Shown here: positions 17,940-30,769 of the stretch, one piece after another
Numbering within the stretch: position 1 is the stretch's first letter
How the letters are laid out: each line of letters starts with the position of its first letter
Assembly (NCBI GenBank): GCA_963674865.2
Contig: CAXXYE010000003.1
Span: 160,001 to 224,000, forward strand
Source: Candidatus Hydrogenedentota bacterium
GTDB lineage: Bacteria > Hydrogenedentota > Hydrogenedentia > Hydrogenedentales > SLHB01
Length of the DNA: 64,000 nt
Direction of reading: 5' to 3'
The notes under the pieces: model-generated
The model's database searches: none
Told to the model about the DNA's origin: nothing
The model's input: the letters and a program-made list of their open reading frames with translations, nothing else
Made by a program: the position numbers and the translations under genes

Positions 17940-20624
17940 ATGCAGAAGCACACGTACCGTACGATTCTGATTTACGCTGTCGGCATCATAGCGCTCTTGT
18001 ACATCTATCCGACCCTCGGCTGGATGACGCTGTCCGACGACGCCCGGCAGGCCCGGCTCGATAAGTGGGCGGATGAGGACACCGTCTACGAGAAGCCGAG
18101 TTTTTGGCGGGACTTTGGGAAGGGCGTCCGGCGCTGGGCCGAATTCGATCGCTCGAAGGTGCTCAACCTTGGACTGGACCTGCAGGGCGGCATCCACATG
18201 GTGGTTGGGCTCGACCTCAAGAACATGGACCCGGAACGCTACCAGGAGTTCAAGGACGCCGATCTGTCGGATGCCCAGATCGAGGAACATCTTCAGCACA
18301 TTGTTCTTCAACGGATTCGGCGGCGCATCAACGATTTCGAGGCGAAAGAGCCCGTTATTCAGGCGCTGGGCCGAAATCAGATTCAGATTCAGCTTCCCGG
18401 CGAGAAGGACATCAAACGCGCGACGGATCTGATCATGAAAGCGGGGTTCCTCACCTTCAACCTCGTGGCCGGGCCCGACGAGACGGCGAAGGTGTTTCGT
18501 GATATTGACAAGCACTTCAACAACAACTTTGTGCCGTTCTTGGACGTTCCCGGCGGGCGTAAGGCAAGTTTCTATGTAGTGCCTGTCGAGAACTTCGAGC
18601 GCGTCGAGCGACTGGTTGACGCCGCGCAAGAGGTGCCCGGGCTGCTTCCCGAGGGTAAGATCATTGCCTTCAGTGCTCCGCCGAATGCCTGGGATGATCC
18701 GGTGTACTGGATCTACCTGATGGATGAGAAGCCCCTGATGACGGGTGAGGGGCTCAAGCGAGCCGATCCGCGCACCAATCCCGAGGCGCCTTCGCAGTGG
18801 CAGATTCTCTTTGAGTTCTCAGGCCCTTCGGTGAACAAGTTTGCCCAAGTCACCGAGGAGAACATCGGGCGCAATATGGCGATTGTCGTGGACGGCGTTG
18901 TGTGTTCGGCCCCTGTCATCGAGGACCGCATCGTCCGCACCGGTGTGATCCGGGGCAGTTTCACCGGGGATCAGGCCAAAGACCTCTCGATTGCGCTGAA
19001 CTCCGGCTCGATGCCGGTGCAGCTCACCGAGGAGTACACCGCTGTTGTTGGGGCGAGCCTCGGCGCCGACTCGATCCGCCAGGGAGTGCGTTCCACCATC
19101 GTCGGCCTCATCATTGTCGTCTCGTTCATGTTGCTGTACTACCGGATCGGCGGCTTCATTGCGAATATCGCTCTGCTCATGAATGCGGTCTTCGTCTTGG
19201 CCGCATTGGCTTACTTCAATGCCACCTTGACCTTGCCCGGCATCGCCGGCTTGATCCTGACGATCGGTATGGCCGTGGACGCCAACGTACTGATTTTTGA
19301 GCGTATTCGCGAGGAACTCCACAACGGCAAGTCCCTGCTGGCGGCGATTGACAGCGGCTACAAACGAGCGACGGTAACCATTCTAGACGCCAATGTGACC
19401 ACCCTCATCGCGGCGGCCGTGCTGATGGAGTTCGGGACGGGCCCCATCGAGGGATTCGCCGTTACATTGAGCATCGGTGTTTGCTCCAGCGTATTCACCG
19501 CCCTGGTTGTAACGCGGGCCATTTTCGACTTCCTGTCCAACCGTAAGTGGCTAACGAAGCTGACGATGATGTCGATCGTGAAGCCTGAAACGCACATTCG
19601 GTTCCTTGAGCGGCGGAACTGGGCGTTCGGTGCGAGTATTGCCGCGATTGTTGTAGGCATGACGCTCTTCGCAGTTCGTTGGGATGACAGCTTCGGCGTC
19701 GATTTCACGAACGGCACAAACATGACGGTGACGTTGAACACGAGCCAAGTCGTCGGTATTGGCGAAGTCCGGGACGCGTTGGCCGCCGCCGACATCGAAG
19801 ACGCCGTTGTGCAGGAGGTGGACGAGAAGGGTTCGACGGTTATCAACCGCTTCCTCATCCGAACTAGTGAGACGGGCTCGGGGCCGGCAACGGCGACTGC
19901 GGAGGATACGTCCGAGGCCCCACCGGATGCCGAGGAGACGGAGACTGTTGCCAGCCGAGTTGAAAAGGCATTGGCTCCGCTGTGCGCCGGCGGCGAAATG
20001 GTGGTGGACAAGGTAGAGACGGTTGGGCCGGCCGTGGGTGACGAATTGAAGAAGGATGCGCGCGCTACCATCTTTTTTGCGCTGCTCTTCGTTGTCGTGT
20101 ACCTCTGGTTCCGGTTCGAGCTGAAGTTCGCCATCGGCGCCGTCGCGGCGCTGGTGCACGACGTGCTGGTGACGATCGGCCTGTTCGCGCTGACGGGCCG
20201 GCAGATAAGCATGCCCGTGATCGCGGCTCTGCTCACTATCATCGGTTATTCGCTGAACGACACGATCGTCGTGTTCGACCGCATCCGCGAGGACATTCGG
20301 CTCTACCGAGGTCGAGGTTTCTCCTATCCGCAAGTCATGGATATGAGCATTAACCAGACACTCAGCCGCACGCTGTTGACATCGCTCACGACGCTGTTTG
20401 TTGTTGTGGTGTTGCTGATCTTCGGCGGGGACGTGATCAACGACTTTGCCTTCGCACTGTGCGCGGGCGTGATCGTAGGTACCTACTCCTCGATCTTTGT
20501 TGCGAGCCCGCTGGTGTACCTCATGCAGCGTATGCAGCGGAAGCAAGTGCTTCCCACGGGCGAGGATGAGAAGAACTCGAACCGCCGCAAGAAGAACAGC
20601 AAGCCGAAGAAGACCAACGCATAA
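17940..20624 (+). CDS. secDF: Fused protein translocase subunit SecDF
   Basis: LGLDLQGG, GMAVDANVLIFERIREE and TILDANVTT (SecD); GVDFTNG and GYSLNDTIVVFDRIRE (SecF). Confidence 0.96.
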   Translation: MQKHTYRTILIYAVGIIALLYIYPTLGWMTLSDDARQARLDKWADEDTVYEKPSFWRDFGKGVRRWAEFDRSKVLNLGLDLQGGIHMVVGLDLKNMDPERYQEFKDADLSDAQIEEHLQHIVLQRIRRRINDFEAKEPVIQALGRNQIQIQLPGEKDIKRATDLIMKAGFLTFNLVAGPDETAKVFRDIDKHFNNNFVPFLDVPGGRKASFYVVPVENFERVERLVDAAQEVPGLLPEGKIIAFSAPPNAWDDPVYWIYLMDEKPLMTGEGLKRADPRTNPEAPSQWQILFEFSGPSVNKFAQVTEENIGRNMAIVVDGVVCSAPVIEDRIVRTGVIRGSFTGDQAKDLSIALNSGSMPVQLTEEYTAVVGASLGADSIRQGVRSTIVGLIIVVSFMLLYYRIGGFIANIALLMNAVFVLAALAYFNATLTLPGIAGLILTIGMAVDANVLIFERIREELHNGKSLLAAIDSGYKRATVTILDANVTTLIAAAVLMEFGTGPIEGFAVTLSIGVCSSVFTALVVTRAIFDFLSNRKWLTKLTMMSIVKPETHIRFLERRNWAFGASIAAIVVGMTLFAVRWDDSFGVDFTNGTNMTVTLNTSQVVGIGEVRDALAAADIEDAVVQEVDEKGSTVINRFLIRTSETGSGPATATAEDTSEAPPDAEETETVASRVEKALAPLCAGGEMVVDKVETVGPAVGDELKKDARATIFFALLFVVVYLWFRFELKFAIGAVAALVHDVLVTIGLFALTGRQISMPVIAALLTIIGYSLNDTIVVFDRIREDIRLYRGRGFSYPQVMDMSINQTLSRTLLTSLTTLFVVVVLLIFGGDVINDFAFALCAGVIVGTYSSIFVASPLVYLMQRMQRKQVLPTGEDEKNSNRRKKNSKPKKTNA

Positions 20625-20700
20625 TAGTACGGCCGAAGACGCTCAAACGTCCTGGATGCAGTTTTGTATTCAGGACGTTTTCCGTTAAGGCCAGCGAAGA

Positions 20701-24165
<3,465 letters not shown>

Positions 24166-24426
24166 GCAGGTCCTCTAGCCCTTCCCGTCGGAGCGATGAT
24201 TCCGCAGCATCACTATTACTCAGGACGCCGGCCAAGTATAGCCTGTGCAACGGATGAACGCCAGACGCCGGCGGTATGCGTGAAGCGGCCGCAAGTCAGG
24301 GAGTGCCCGCCGGGCAAGGCCGGCATTCGAGGCGTGTTGACGGTGTTTCAGCAACGAAGTACACTCAGCCGTACACAAGGCGGGGGCGAGGGCTCGCGGA
24401 CTCCCGAAGCAGATTAAGGAAGGTGC

Positions 24427-25056
24427 ATGCGCCGGTTCTACACGTGGAAGTCCTTGGGATTCATGGTGTTCCTCACCGTGGCGCTTCTTGCGGTGTGGCA
24501 CTGGGCCTTCGATGAGAGGGTGCAGGTGGTACGCTCGTGGGATTTTGCTCGTTTGACGCCCGAGCAGTGGGATTGGCAATTCCCGCCGACACGGCCGCTC
24601 GGCACGTTTTCGGCGGCGGTATTCCTGTCCGACGGCCGGGGCCAAGGGCCTACAATTGCACTTCGAGATATTGCTCCCCGTGATATTGACAAGGTCCGTG
24701 TCACCGGCCGTATCACCGATGTTGCAACGGGACGCGACCTTCCTCTCTACCTCGATCTGGTGTGGTGGCGGGCCGTCGATGCGGCGCCTACAGGCGGCAA
24801 CAGTTCTCGCGAGCCTGCGGGAACGTGTTCCTTTCGCATGGCCGATTATCGCGACCCTCATATCGTAACGGCCGAATTGGGGCCGCAAGGCTCCGTCAAA
24901 GGCGCATGGGGCGGCGATATTGGCGCTGTGCAAATACGTGCCTACGCGGCCGCGTCTTCAGAGCAAGGATGCGTTGTCGAGATTTTCGAGATAGTCTTCC
25001 TTAAGCAACTGCGGCGTTCTTGGGCGAATACGGAGGCAGGGGACTCGGAGTCTTGA
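24427..25056 (+). CDS. Hypothetical membrane-anchored protein
   Basis: 209-aa ORF, AAGGAAGG RBS, N-terminal TM, TGATG coupling to the next gene. Confidence 0.65.
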   Translation: MRRFYTWKSLGFMVFLTVALLAVWHWAFDERVQVVRSWDFARLTPEQWDWQFPPTRPLGTFSAAVFLSDGRGQGPTIALRDIAPRDIDKVRVTGRITDVATGRDLPLYLDLVWWRAVDAAPTGGNSSREPAGTCSFRMADYRDPHIVTAELGPQGSVKGAWGGDIGAVQIRAYAAASSEQGCVVEIFEIVFLKQLRRSWANTEAGDSES

Positions 25057-27722
25057 TGGAGATCTTCACGGCCCGCCGCCGGCGGGTTCTTATCCTGAGC
25101 ACTCTCATCGCGATCATGGCGCTGGGGGCCGTACTGCGCCTGGAAGGACTCAGTTCCAGCTTCTGGGGGGATGAGGTCGTAACTCGGGAGCGGGCATTGG
25201 AGCCCGTTACGTCGCGCCTCTTCCGCGATGTGTATCCGCTCTATCACTTGTTGGCCCATGGCTGTCTGTTTCTGGGCGATAATGAGGTGACACTGCGACT
25301 TCCGGCGCTGGCAGCAGGACTGGCCGGCATCTTGGCGGTCTTCTTCATCGTCAAGTCCCTGTACGATCCGACGGCCGGACTTGCGGCCGCTCTCGTGCTT
25401 GCCGTGTCTCCCTTCCATGTTTTCCATTCCCATCACGCCCGCTACTACACGCTGCTGATGCTCTTCGGCCTCTTGTCAACCTGGTTTCTCACACGTGCGG
25501 CAGGCCACGGAGGGCTGTGGAACTGGGCCGGATACGCTGTCTGCGCCTTTCTGGCACTCATGTCGCATGTTTTCTTCCTCCCCGCCTTAGCCGCCATGAA
25601 CGTGGGAGGGGTGCTCTATCTCCTCACCGCGCGGCGTATGTTACTTGGCAGCCGGAAATGGCAGCGTATTATCACGCTCCTCCTTTGCACCCTCGTCGTC
25701 AGTCTGCCAACCGTTGTCCGTGTAGTGCCGAAGTATTTCGAGTCCTTTGCTCCCGTGCTGACGGACGACGAGCGAGGCCCGGCGCCGGAAGATGTCGGAA
25801 TGTCCGAAGCCGGGAGCCGGACGCTGAAGACGCCTACTCCCGAGGCCGAGGAAAAGGGACACTTTCTGTCGCTTTTCGGCGAAGGGGGCTATCTTGCCTT
25901 TTTCAAGCGCTACTTCTGGGTGCAATCGCCCAGGCTACGCGACCTGCTAATCCTATTCGCCCTATGGGGCCTTGTGGACCTCTTTCGAAATCACCGGGCC
26001 TTTGCTTGCGTCGTGACAAGTCTCCTCGTGCTTACGCCGCTGCCTTTCTTCTACATGTCCGTACACCATTGGCATCACCCGCGCTACTACTCCGCGGCTT
26101 ACCTCCCCTCGCTTGCGGCCGTGGCCATTGGGCTGATGCTGATTCCTACGTATTTGGCTCGCGCCTATGCCTTGCGAGGACGGGATGCTACTCAATGCTC
26201 CGGCGCAGAGGATCGAGTTCGGGCCGTTGAGTGCGTTCTCGTGGCGCTTCTGCTCGCCGCGCTTGGCCCGGCGGCGGTCGATGCATTGCGCACATACCGC
26301 GTGGAAGGGTGGCTCTTCGAGAGCCATGTCACCGGCCCCACGTTGCCCGTCCATGACTGGAAGGGGCTGTATCATCGCATGGCCCAGACCTACCGGCCTG
26401 AAGACGTCGTATTTCACCTTGCCCCGCGGGAGCACGCCGTCCATTACCGGCGACTCTACCTCGAACGCTTCGTGGGCAATGCCGCCGCCACGCCTTACAA
26501 AGAATACTGCGGGAAAGGCCCCGATCCGGAGGGGATCAAGAAGGCCTGTTTTCAGAATCCTTTCGTGTCCATTTGGTTCACCGGCCAGCGGAAGTTCGGT
26601 GCGGGGCGGTATGCACCGCTGATGTATTCCCTGTGCGGCGGGCCCGTCATGTCGAATCTTAGTTCCTCTTCGACGGGGGTGTCTCTTTGGATCTTGGGAG
26701 AGCCCACGGAGAACCTGATCGGCAACGGTGGATTTGAGCGCCAGGGCGCTACCGTCGACGCTGAGGGAGATGGCCTTGTCTTTGTCGACCGCGGCTACGA
26801 GGGCAGGGCCTGCCTTGGCCTGGGCGCCCCGGGCAATGTTGCCGTTTCGCAGGCCGTGAGTCTGCCAATCGGCCCCATGTCCTATCGATTGCGCAACGCG
26901 GGATTCGAGCTCTGGAAAGGCGGGCGGCCAGTCGGGTGGGATTTGAGCCGGGAGCGGACGGAAGAGGTGGGCGAAGTGGCTGGGGCCCGGCCTGGTACGA
27001 AAGCGCTCGCCCTCCAGGCTGGGGCTGCGCCGCTGCTTCTTTCGCAACGCCTCCCAATGGGTTTGGCGCCGGGGCGTCACGTCCGGATTGAGGCAATGGC
27101 GCGCGCGGATTCACCCGGCGAGCTTGCCCTCGCGTTGAAATACGATCTGCCCGGAGAAACGCGCCGCGTGGCGGTGCACCATCCCGGTGGCGGCACATGG
27201 GCCCCGTTGGCTCTGGATGTAGCTGTTCCAGCCGACGCCGATTCCGACTCAATGGCCATCGAGATTCGGCGAGAGCAGGGGAAACGGGGCGATGCGGCCA
27301 TTGACGATGTGACGATTGAGGTGCTGGCGGCCGAGTGCTGCCTCGACCCGGCGCTCACGTACACGCTGTCGATGGCGCTGCGCTACAAGGACTTGTGGCG
27401 GCTGCGGGGGCCTTACAGACGAGGCGGCTTCATTTCCCTCGTCTACAACACAACCGGGGGCGAGTCCCGCTCCGTCAAGCTTGCCGAGTTCGAAGGTAAC
27501 CGGGACTGGTATAGTCCCTCGCGCTGCCTGATACCGGGCCGCACGTTTCCCGTGGACGCAACAGATCTGCGGGTACGTGTTGGCTTGGAGAATGCCACGG
27601 GCACTCTATGGATCGACAATGTTCAGTTCGAGCCGAAAGATCACCCGACGCCTTTTACTGAAGGGGTGCGGCCGCCACACGATGAGTTTATGGCCCGCAA
27701 TGGCTTAGAGCCCGACCTCTGA
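25056..27722 (+). CDS. GT-C fold glycosyltransferase (PMT_2/GT39/ArnT-like) with C-terminal carbohydrate-binding-like domains
   Basis: SFWGDE, PLYHLL, LRLPA, SPFHVFHSHHARYY; multiple TMs; NLIGNGGFE, LRNAGFE and WIDNVQF CBM-like motifs. Confidence 0.8.
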   Translation: MEIFTARRRRVLILSTLIAIMALGAVLRLEGLSSSFWGDEVVTRERALEPVTSRLFRDVYPLYHLLAHGCLFLGDNEVTLRLPALAAGLAGILAVFFIVKSLYDPTAGLAAALVLAVSPFHVFHSHHARYYTLLMLFGLLSTWFLTRAAGHGGLWNWAGYAVCAFLALMSHVFFLPALAAMNVGGVLYLLTARRMLLGSRKWQRIITLLLCTLVVSLPTVVRVVPKYFESFAPVLTDDERGPAPEDVGMSEAGSRTLKTPTPEAEEKGHFLSLFGEGGYLAFFKRYFWVQSPRLRDLLILFALWGLVDLFRNHRAFACVVTSLLVLTPLPFFYMSVHHWHHPRYYSAAYLPSLAAVAIGLMLIPTYLARAYALRGRDATQCSGAEDRVRAVECVLVALLLAALGPAAVDALRTYRVEGWLFESHVTGPTLPVHDWKGLYHRMAQTYRPEDVVFHLAPREHAVHYRRLYLERFVGNAAATPYKEYCGKGPDPEGIKKACFQNPFVSIWFTGQRKFGAGRYAPLMYSLCGGPVMSNLSSSSTGVSLWILGEPTENLIGNGGFERQGATVDAEGDGLVFVDRGYEGRACLGLGAPGNVAVSQAVSLPIGPMSYRLRNAGFELWKGGRPVGWDLSRERTEEVGEVAGARPGTKALALQAGAAPLLLSQRLPMGLAPGRHVRIEAMARADSPGELALALKYDLPGETRRVAVHHPGGGTWAPLALDVAVPADADSDSMAIEIRREQGKRGDAAIDDVTIEVLAAECCLDPALTYTLSMALRYKDLWRLRGPYRRGGFISLVYNTTGGESRSVKLAEFEGNRDWYSPSRCLIPGRTFPVDATDLRVRVGLENATGTLWIDNVQFEPKDHPTPFTEGVRPPHDEFMARNGLEPDL

Positions 27723-28613
27723 GACGTTGGCAAAGAACGGATTCGACCACGCGCGGCGCCCGTCATGATCGACCAACTCGACACGGACGAACTTGGAGGG
27801 GATGAAGTTCTCCGGCAAGCGCGAAGCCTCGAGGGCCATGCCGTCGGAGGCGTGATCCACGTATCCGACACTGCCGAATGTGCGCCAGCGGACTTGGGCG
27901 ACGGGATCGCACGTGATGTGCGCCGTGAACCGCTCGATGTGGATGGCGTGGAAACGCGGCCCCTGGGTCGAGTAGAAAGCGCCGCGTTTCAAAGCGGCCA
28001 GGATGGCCTCGCGGGAGAAGTCCTCGGCCCATATCTCCACCCAGGCCCGCCCGGCATCCGAGAAGAAGGTCTTCCTAGGATTCAGGTGGGCATCGTCGCC
28101 CGCGACGCCCCAAATCCGCCTTCCCTGGCCGAGAACCATATCCCACAGTTCCGTGGCCAGCCCATTGCTGTAGGCCTCATCGCAGTACGCGTTGACGATC
28201 TCCATGGCGTCGAGTTCGGGGCATTCCATAATTGTTTCGGGGAGAACACCGGAGTAGGTTGGGTGTGCCATGATCGTGAAAGCGCCCTGCCCGGCCAGAG
28301 CGCGAATCCGCTCGCCCAGGTCTTGTTTGCGAGGAGCAGTTATGCGGACGCCGACGGCCACGATGTCCGGATGGCCACCGTTCTCAGTTGCGTCAATCCC
28401 GATGAAGTCAGGGCCGGAGAAGGGCTCCGTCGGTGTGACGCGCCAGTGATCCGTTATGCCCAGACATCGAAAGTCCTTTTCCCGGTAGCGAGCGACGGTT
28501 GCCTCCGGACTCAATCCACCGTCGGAATTGACGGTGTGACAATGGAAACCGGCCTTGATCCACTGGCCCTCGGCCCCGAAAGGCGATGGATCGAAGAAGA
28601 AATCGACACTCAT
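27705..28613 (-). CDS. PHP-like (CehA/McbA family) metallohydrolase
   Basis: WIKAGFHCHTVNSDG, GITDH, MAHP, EIVN, GDDAH, ALKRGAFYSTQGP, AWSNP. Confidence 0.85.
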   Translation of the reverse strand: MSVDFFFDPSPFGAEGQWIKAGFHCHTVNSDGGLSPEATVARYREKDFRCLGITDHWRVTPTEPFSGPDFIGIDATENGGHPDIVAVGVRITAPRKQDLGERIRALAGQGAFTIMAHPTYSGVLPETIMECPELDAMEIVNAYCDEAYSNGLATELWDMVLGQGRRIWGVAGDDAHLNPRKTFFSDAGRAWVEIWAEDFSREAILAALKRGAFYSTQGPRFHAIHIERFTAHITCDPVAQVRWRTFGSVGYVDHASDGMALEASRLPENFIPSKFVRVELVDHDGRRAWSNPFFANVSEVGL

Positions 28614-28877
28614 GGATCCGCTCCTTGATGCTAATGCGAAACTTAACACGCCAAGGATACCTTGAACCGGTTGTCAATTCCGAGCGGGCGCGCTATCCTG
28701 TCCAGCGGGCCGGTGCGGCGCAGGAGGGCGCGCAGGCCCGCCGCCGGAGGGGGGGGCGGCCTGACGCGTCATTGTTCCTTCGAGCTGAGAAAAGTGAATG
28801 CGCAGCGCTGTCGGTTGCTTCGCGACGGCGCCGGTGCGAATAGCGCTATTGCGCAACAACCTTAAGGCGACTCAAGG

Positions 28878-29933
28878 GTGATTCCCCATAATCGCATAAC
28901 CTGGGATTCGGCGGAGACTGCTGCCGCCGCCGCCGCGGTTCAAAGCGGCCAATGGACGTGCGGGCCGCGTGTGGCCGCACTCGAGCAGGAATTGGCCCGG
29001 CGCGCGGGCGTTCAGCACGCGGTCTGTGTGGCTTCGGGCGTGAGCGCTTTGCGCTTGGCGCTGCGCGCGCTCGCCATTGGGCCGGGCGCTGCCGTTCTTG
29101 TGCCTGCGTATTCCTGTGTAGCCTTGGCAAATGCTGTGCTCGCTTGCGAAGGGCGGCCGGTATGCGTTGACGTCGAACCGGGGGCCTGGAATCTGGCTCC
29201 CGAAGCGGCGGAGGCAAGCCGTTCGACGGCGCCGAAGGCCGTTATCGCCGTTGACACCTTCGGCATGCCTGCCCGGATCGAGAGACTGCGGCGGCTGGGG
29301 GCGCCCGTGATTGAAGACTGCGCACATGCCTTCGGAATCCAACATGAGGGCGGTCTTCTAGGCGGGCGGGCGGATGTGGGCATCCTTTCTTTTCACGCCA
29401 CAAAGCTGATTGCGGCGGGCGAAGGCGGCGCGGTGCTCACGCAGTCCGAGGCCATAGCTGAATCGGTGAGGGCCTGGCGAGATTATGCCAATCGTCCCCC
29501 CGACGGCACACGGCTGAATGACAGCATGACGGATATCGAGGCCGCCTTGGCGCTGTGCCAACTGGAGCGGTTGGACGACATGCTGGAGGCACGCCGGCAG
29601 ATTGCGGCGAGGTACGACGAGGCGCTTTGCCCTTTAGCGGAAGCGTCCGGGGCCTTTCATGTGCCCGCTACACCGCAAGCGAGGGTGTGGTATCGCTACG
29701 CCGTGGAGATGACGAGCGCCTCGGCGGAGAAGGTTATCGACGAACTGGCGCAAAACGGCATCGAGGCCGTCCGGCCCGTGGTGGACTGGCGGCCGGCCGA
29801 CGGGCCTTCATGTCCGGTGGCTGACGCCGCATACGAGCGCGTCGTCAGCCTGCCGCTCTATCCTACGCTCTCTGGGGACGAGCAGGCCGAGGTCATCGCT
29901 CAGTTTCGTGCCGTATGCGAGGCGATTGCGTAG
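28878..29933 (+). CDS. DegT/DnrJ/EryC1/StrS family PLP-dependent sugar aminotransferase
   Basis: SGVSALRLAL, IEDCAHA, SFHATKLIAAGEGG, SLPLYP. Confidence 0.93.
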   Translation: MIPHNRITWDSAETAAAAAAVQSGQWTCGPRVAALEQELARRAGVQHAVCVASGVSALRLALRALAIGPGAAVLVPAYSCVALANAVLACEGRPVCVDVEPGAWNLAPEAAEASRSTAPKAVIAVDTFGMPARIERLRRLGAPVIEDCAHAFGIQHEGGLLGGRADVGILSFHATKLIAAGEGGAVLTQSEAIAESVRAWRDYANRPPDGTRLNDSMTDIEAALALCQLERLDDMLEARRQIAARYDEALCPLAEASGAFHVPATPQARVWYRYAVEMTSASAEKVIDELAQNGIEAVRPVVDWRPADGPSCPVADAAYERVVSLPLYPTLSGDEQAEVIAQFRAVCEAIA

Positions 29934-29943
29934 TCCCTGCCCC

Positions 29944-30483
29944 CTATTCGTCCTTGCCGGTGTGTATGGATACCATGGTGCTGTCGTCGGTGGCATGCAG
30001 GGTGACGTGTACGCGGCGCCCGTCCTTCGTGTAAGCGAGGATGCGCATGTCTTGTCCCATAGCCATGGCCATGGTTCGCTCTTCTTCCCAATTCCTGCTC
30101 TTGAGTTCTTTGCCGTAGTAGGCGGCGATCTTGTCGATGCCGTCCGTTGAAGTTGCCTGAACGGCGTAGTCCTCGGTTCCCGGCGCCGCCGAGGAACCAA
30201 GCAACTGAAGGCCCGGATACAGGGGGACATCGTCGGGGAAGCCCTTGGGAAGCGTAGTGTTCTCTCCGATAGAGATCTGCGTCTTGCCGTCCTCAGACGT
30301 GAGCGTTACGCCGCCGTCTTTGATGTTGACGTCGACGTCTTGGCCCTCGCCGCCGGCATCCGATTCGATGGCTTTTTCTATGGCGTTCTCCGAGATGACC
30401 TCAGCCGCTTTGCTGCAGCCAAGGCCCGCCCAAACCAATGCAAGAGCCAGCGCGAGGCCCATCATTCCATGCCGCAATGTCAT
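29944..30483 (-). CDS. Hypothetical lipoprotein
   Basis: Signal peptide ending AGLGC; LPKGFPDDVPLYPG motif; GGAGG RBS. Confidence 0.7.
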   Translation of the reverse strand: MTLRHGMMGLALALALVWAGLGCSKAAEVISENAIEKAIESDAGGEGQDVDVNIKDGGVTLTSEDGKTQISIGENTTLPKGFPDDVPLYPGLQLLGSSAAPGTEDYAVQATSTDGIDKIAAYYGKELKSRNWEEERTMAMAMGQDMRILAYTKDGRRVHVTLHATDDSTMVSIHTGKDE

Positions 30484-30769
30484 TACACATCCTCCGCGTG
30501 TTGAATTCCTCTCGTTTGCGAGGCAGAGGTTACCGGGGTGGGCGGCGGAGATCAAGTCCGGAACACCTAAGGTGCTGCAAATATCACTCGTAATGCCTAT
30601 CGCGTGATGGCGCGGCCCCGCACGCCTGATGCCGGAATCGCGCTACGCGCCGGGGGCCATACGTTTGCTCCCAGGCCTTGTCGAAGAATCCAGAGAGCTC
30701 GGCGGGAAGTGTCTGATCCCGTCCAGCATGATGGCGGAACGGGACTGAACACGTGGCGAACGGGCCTGT

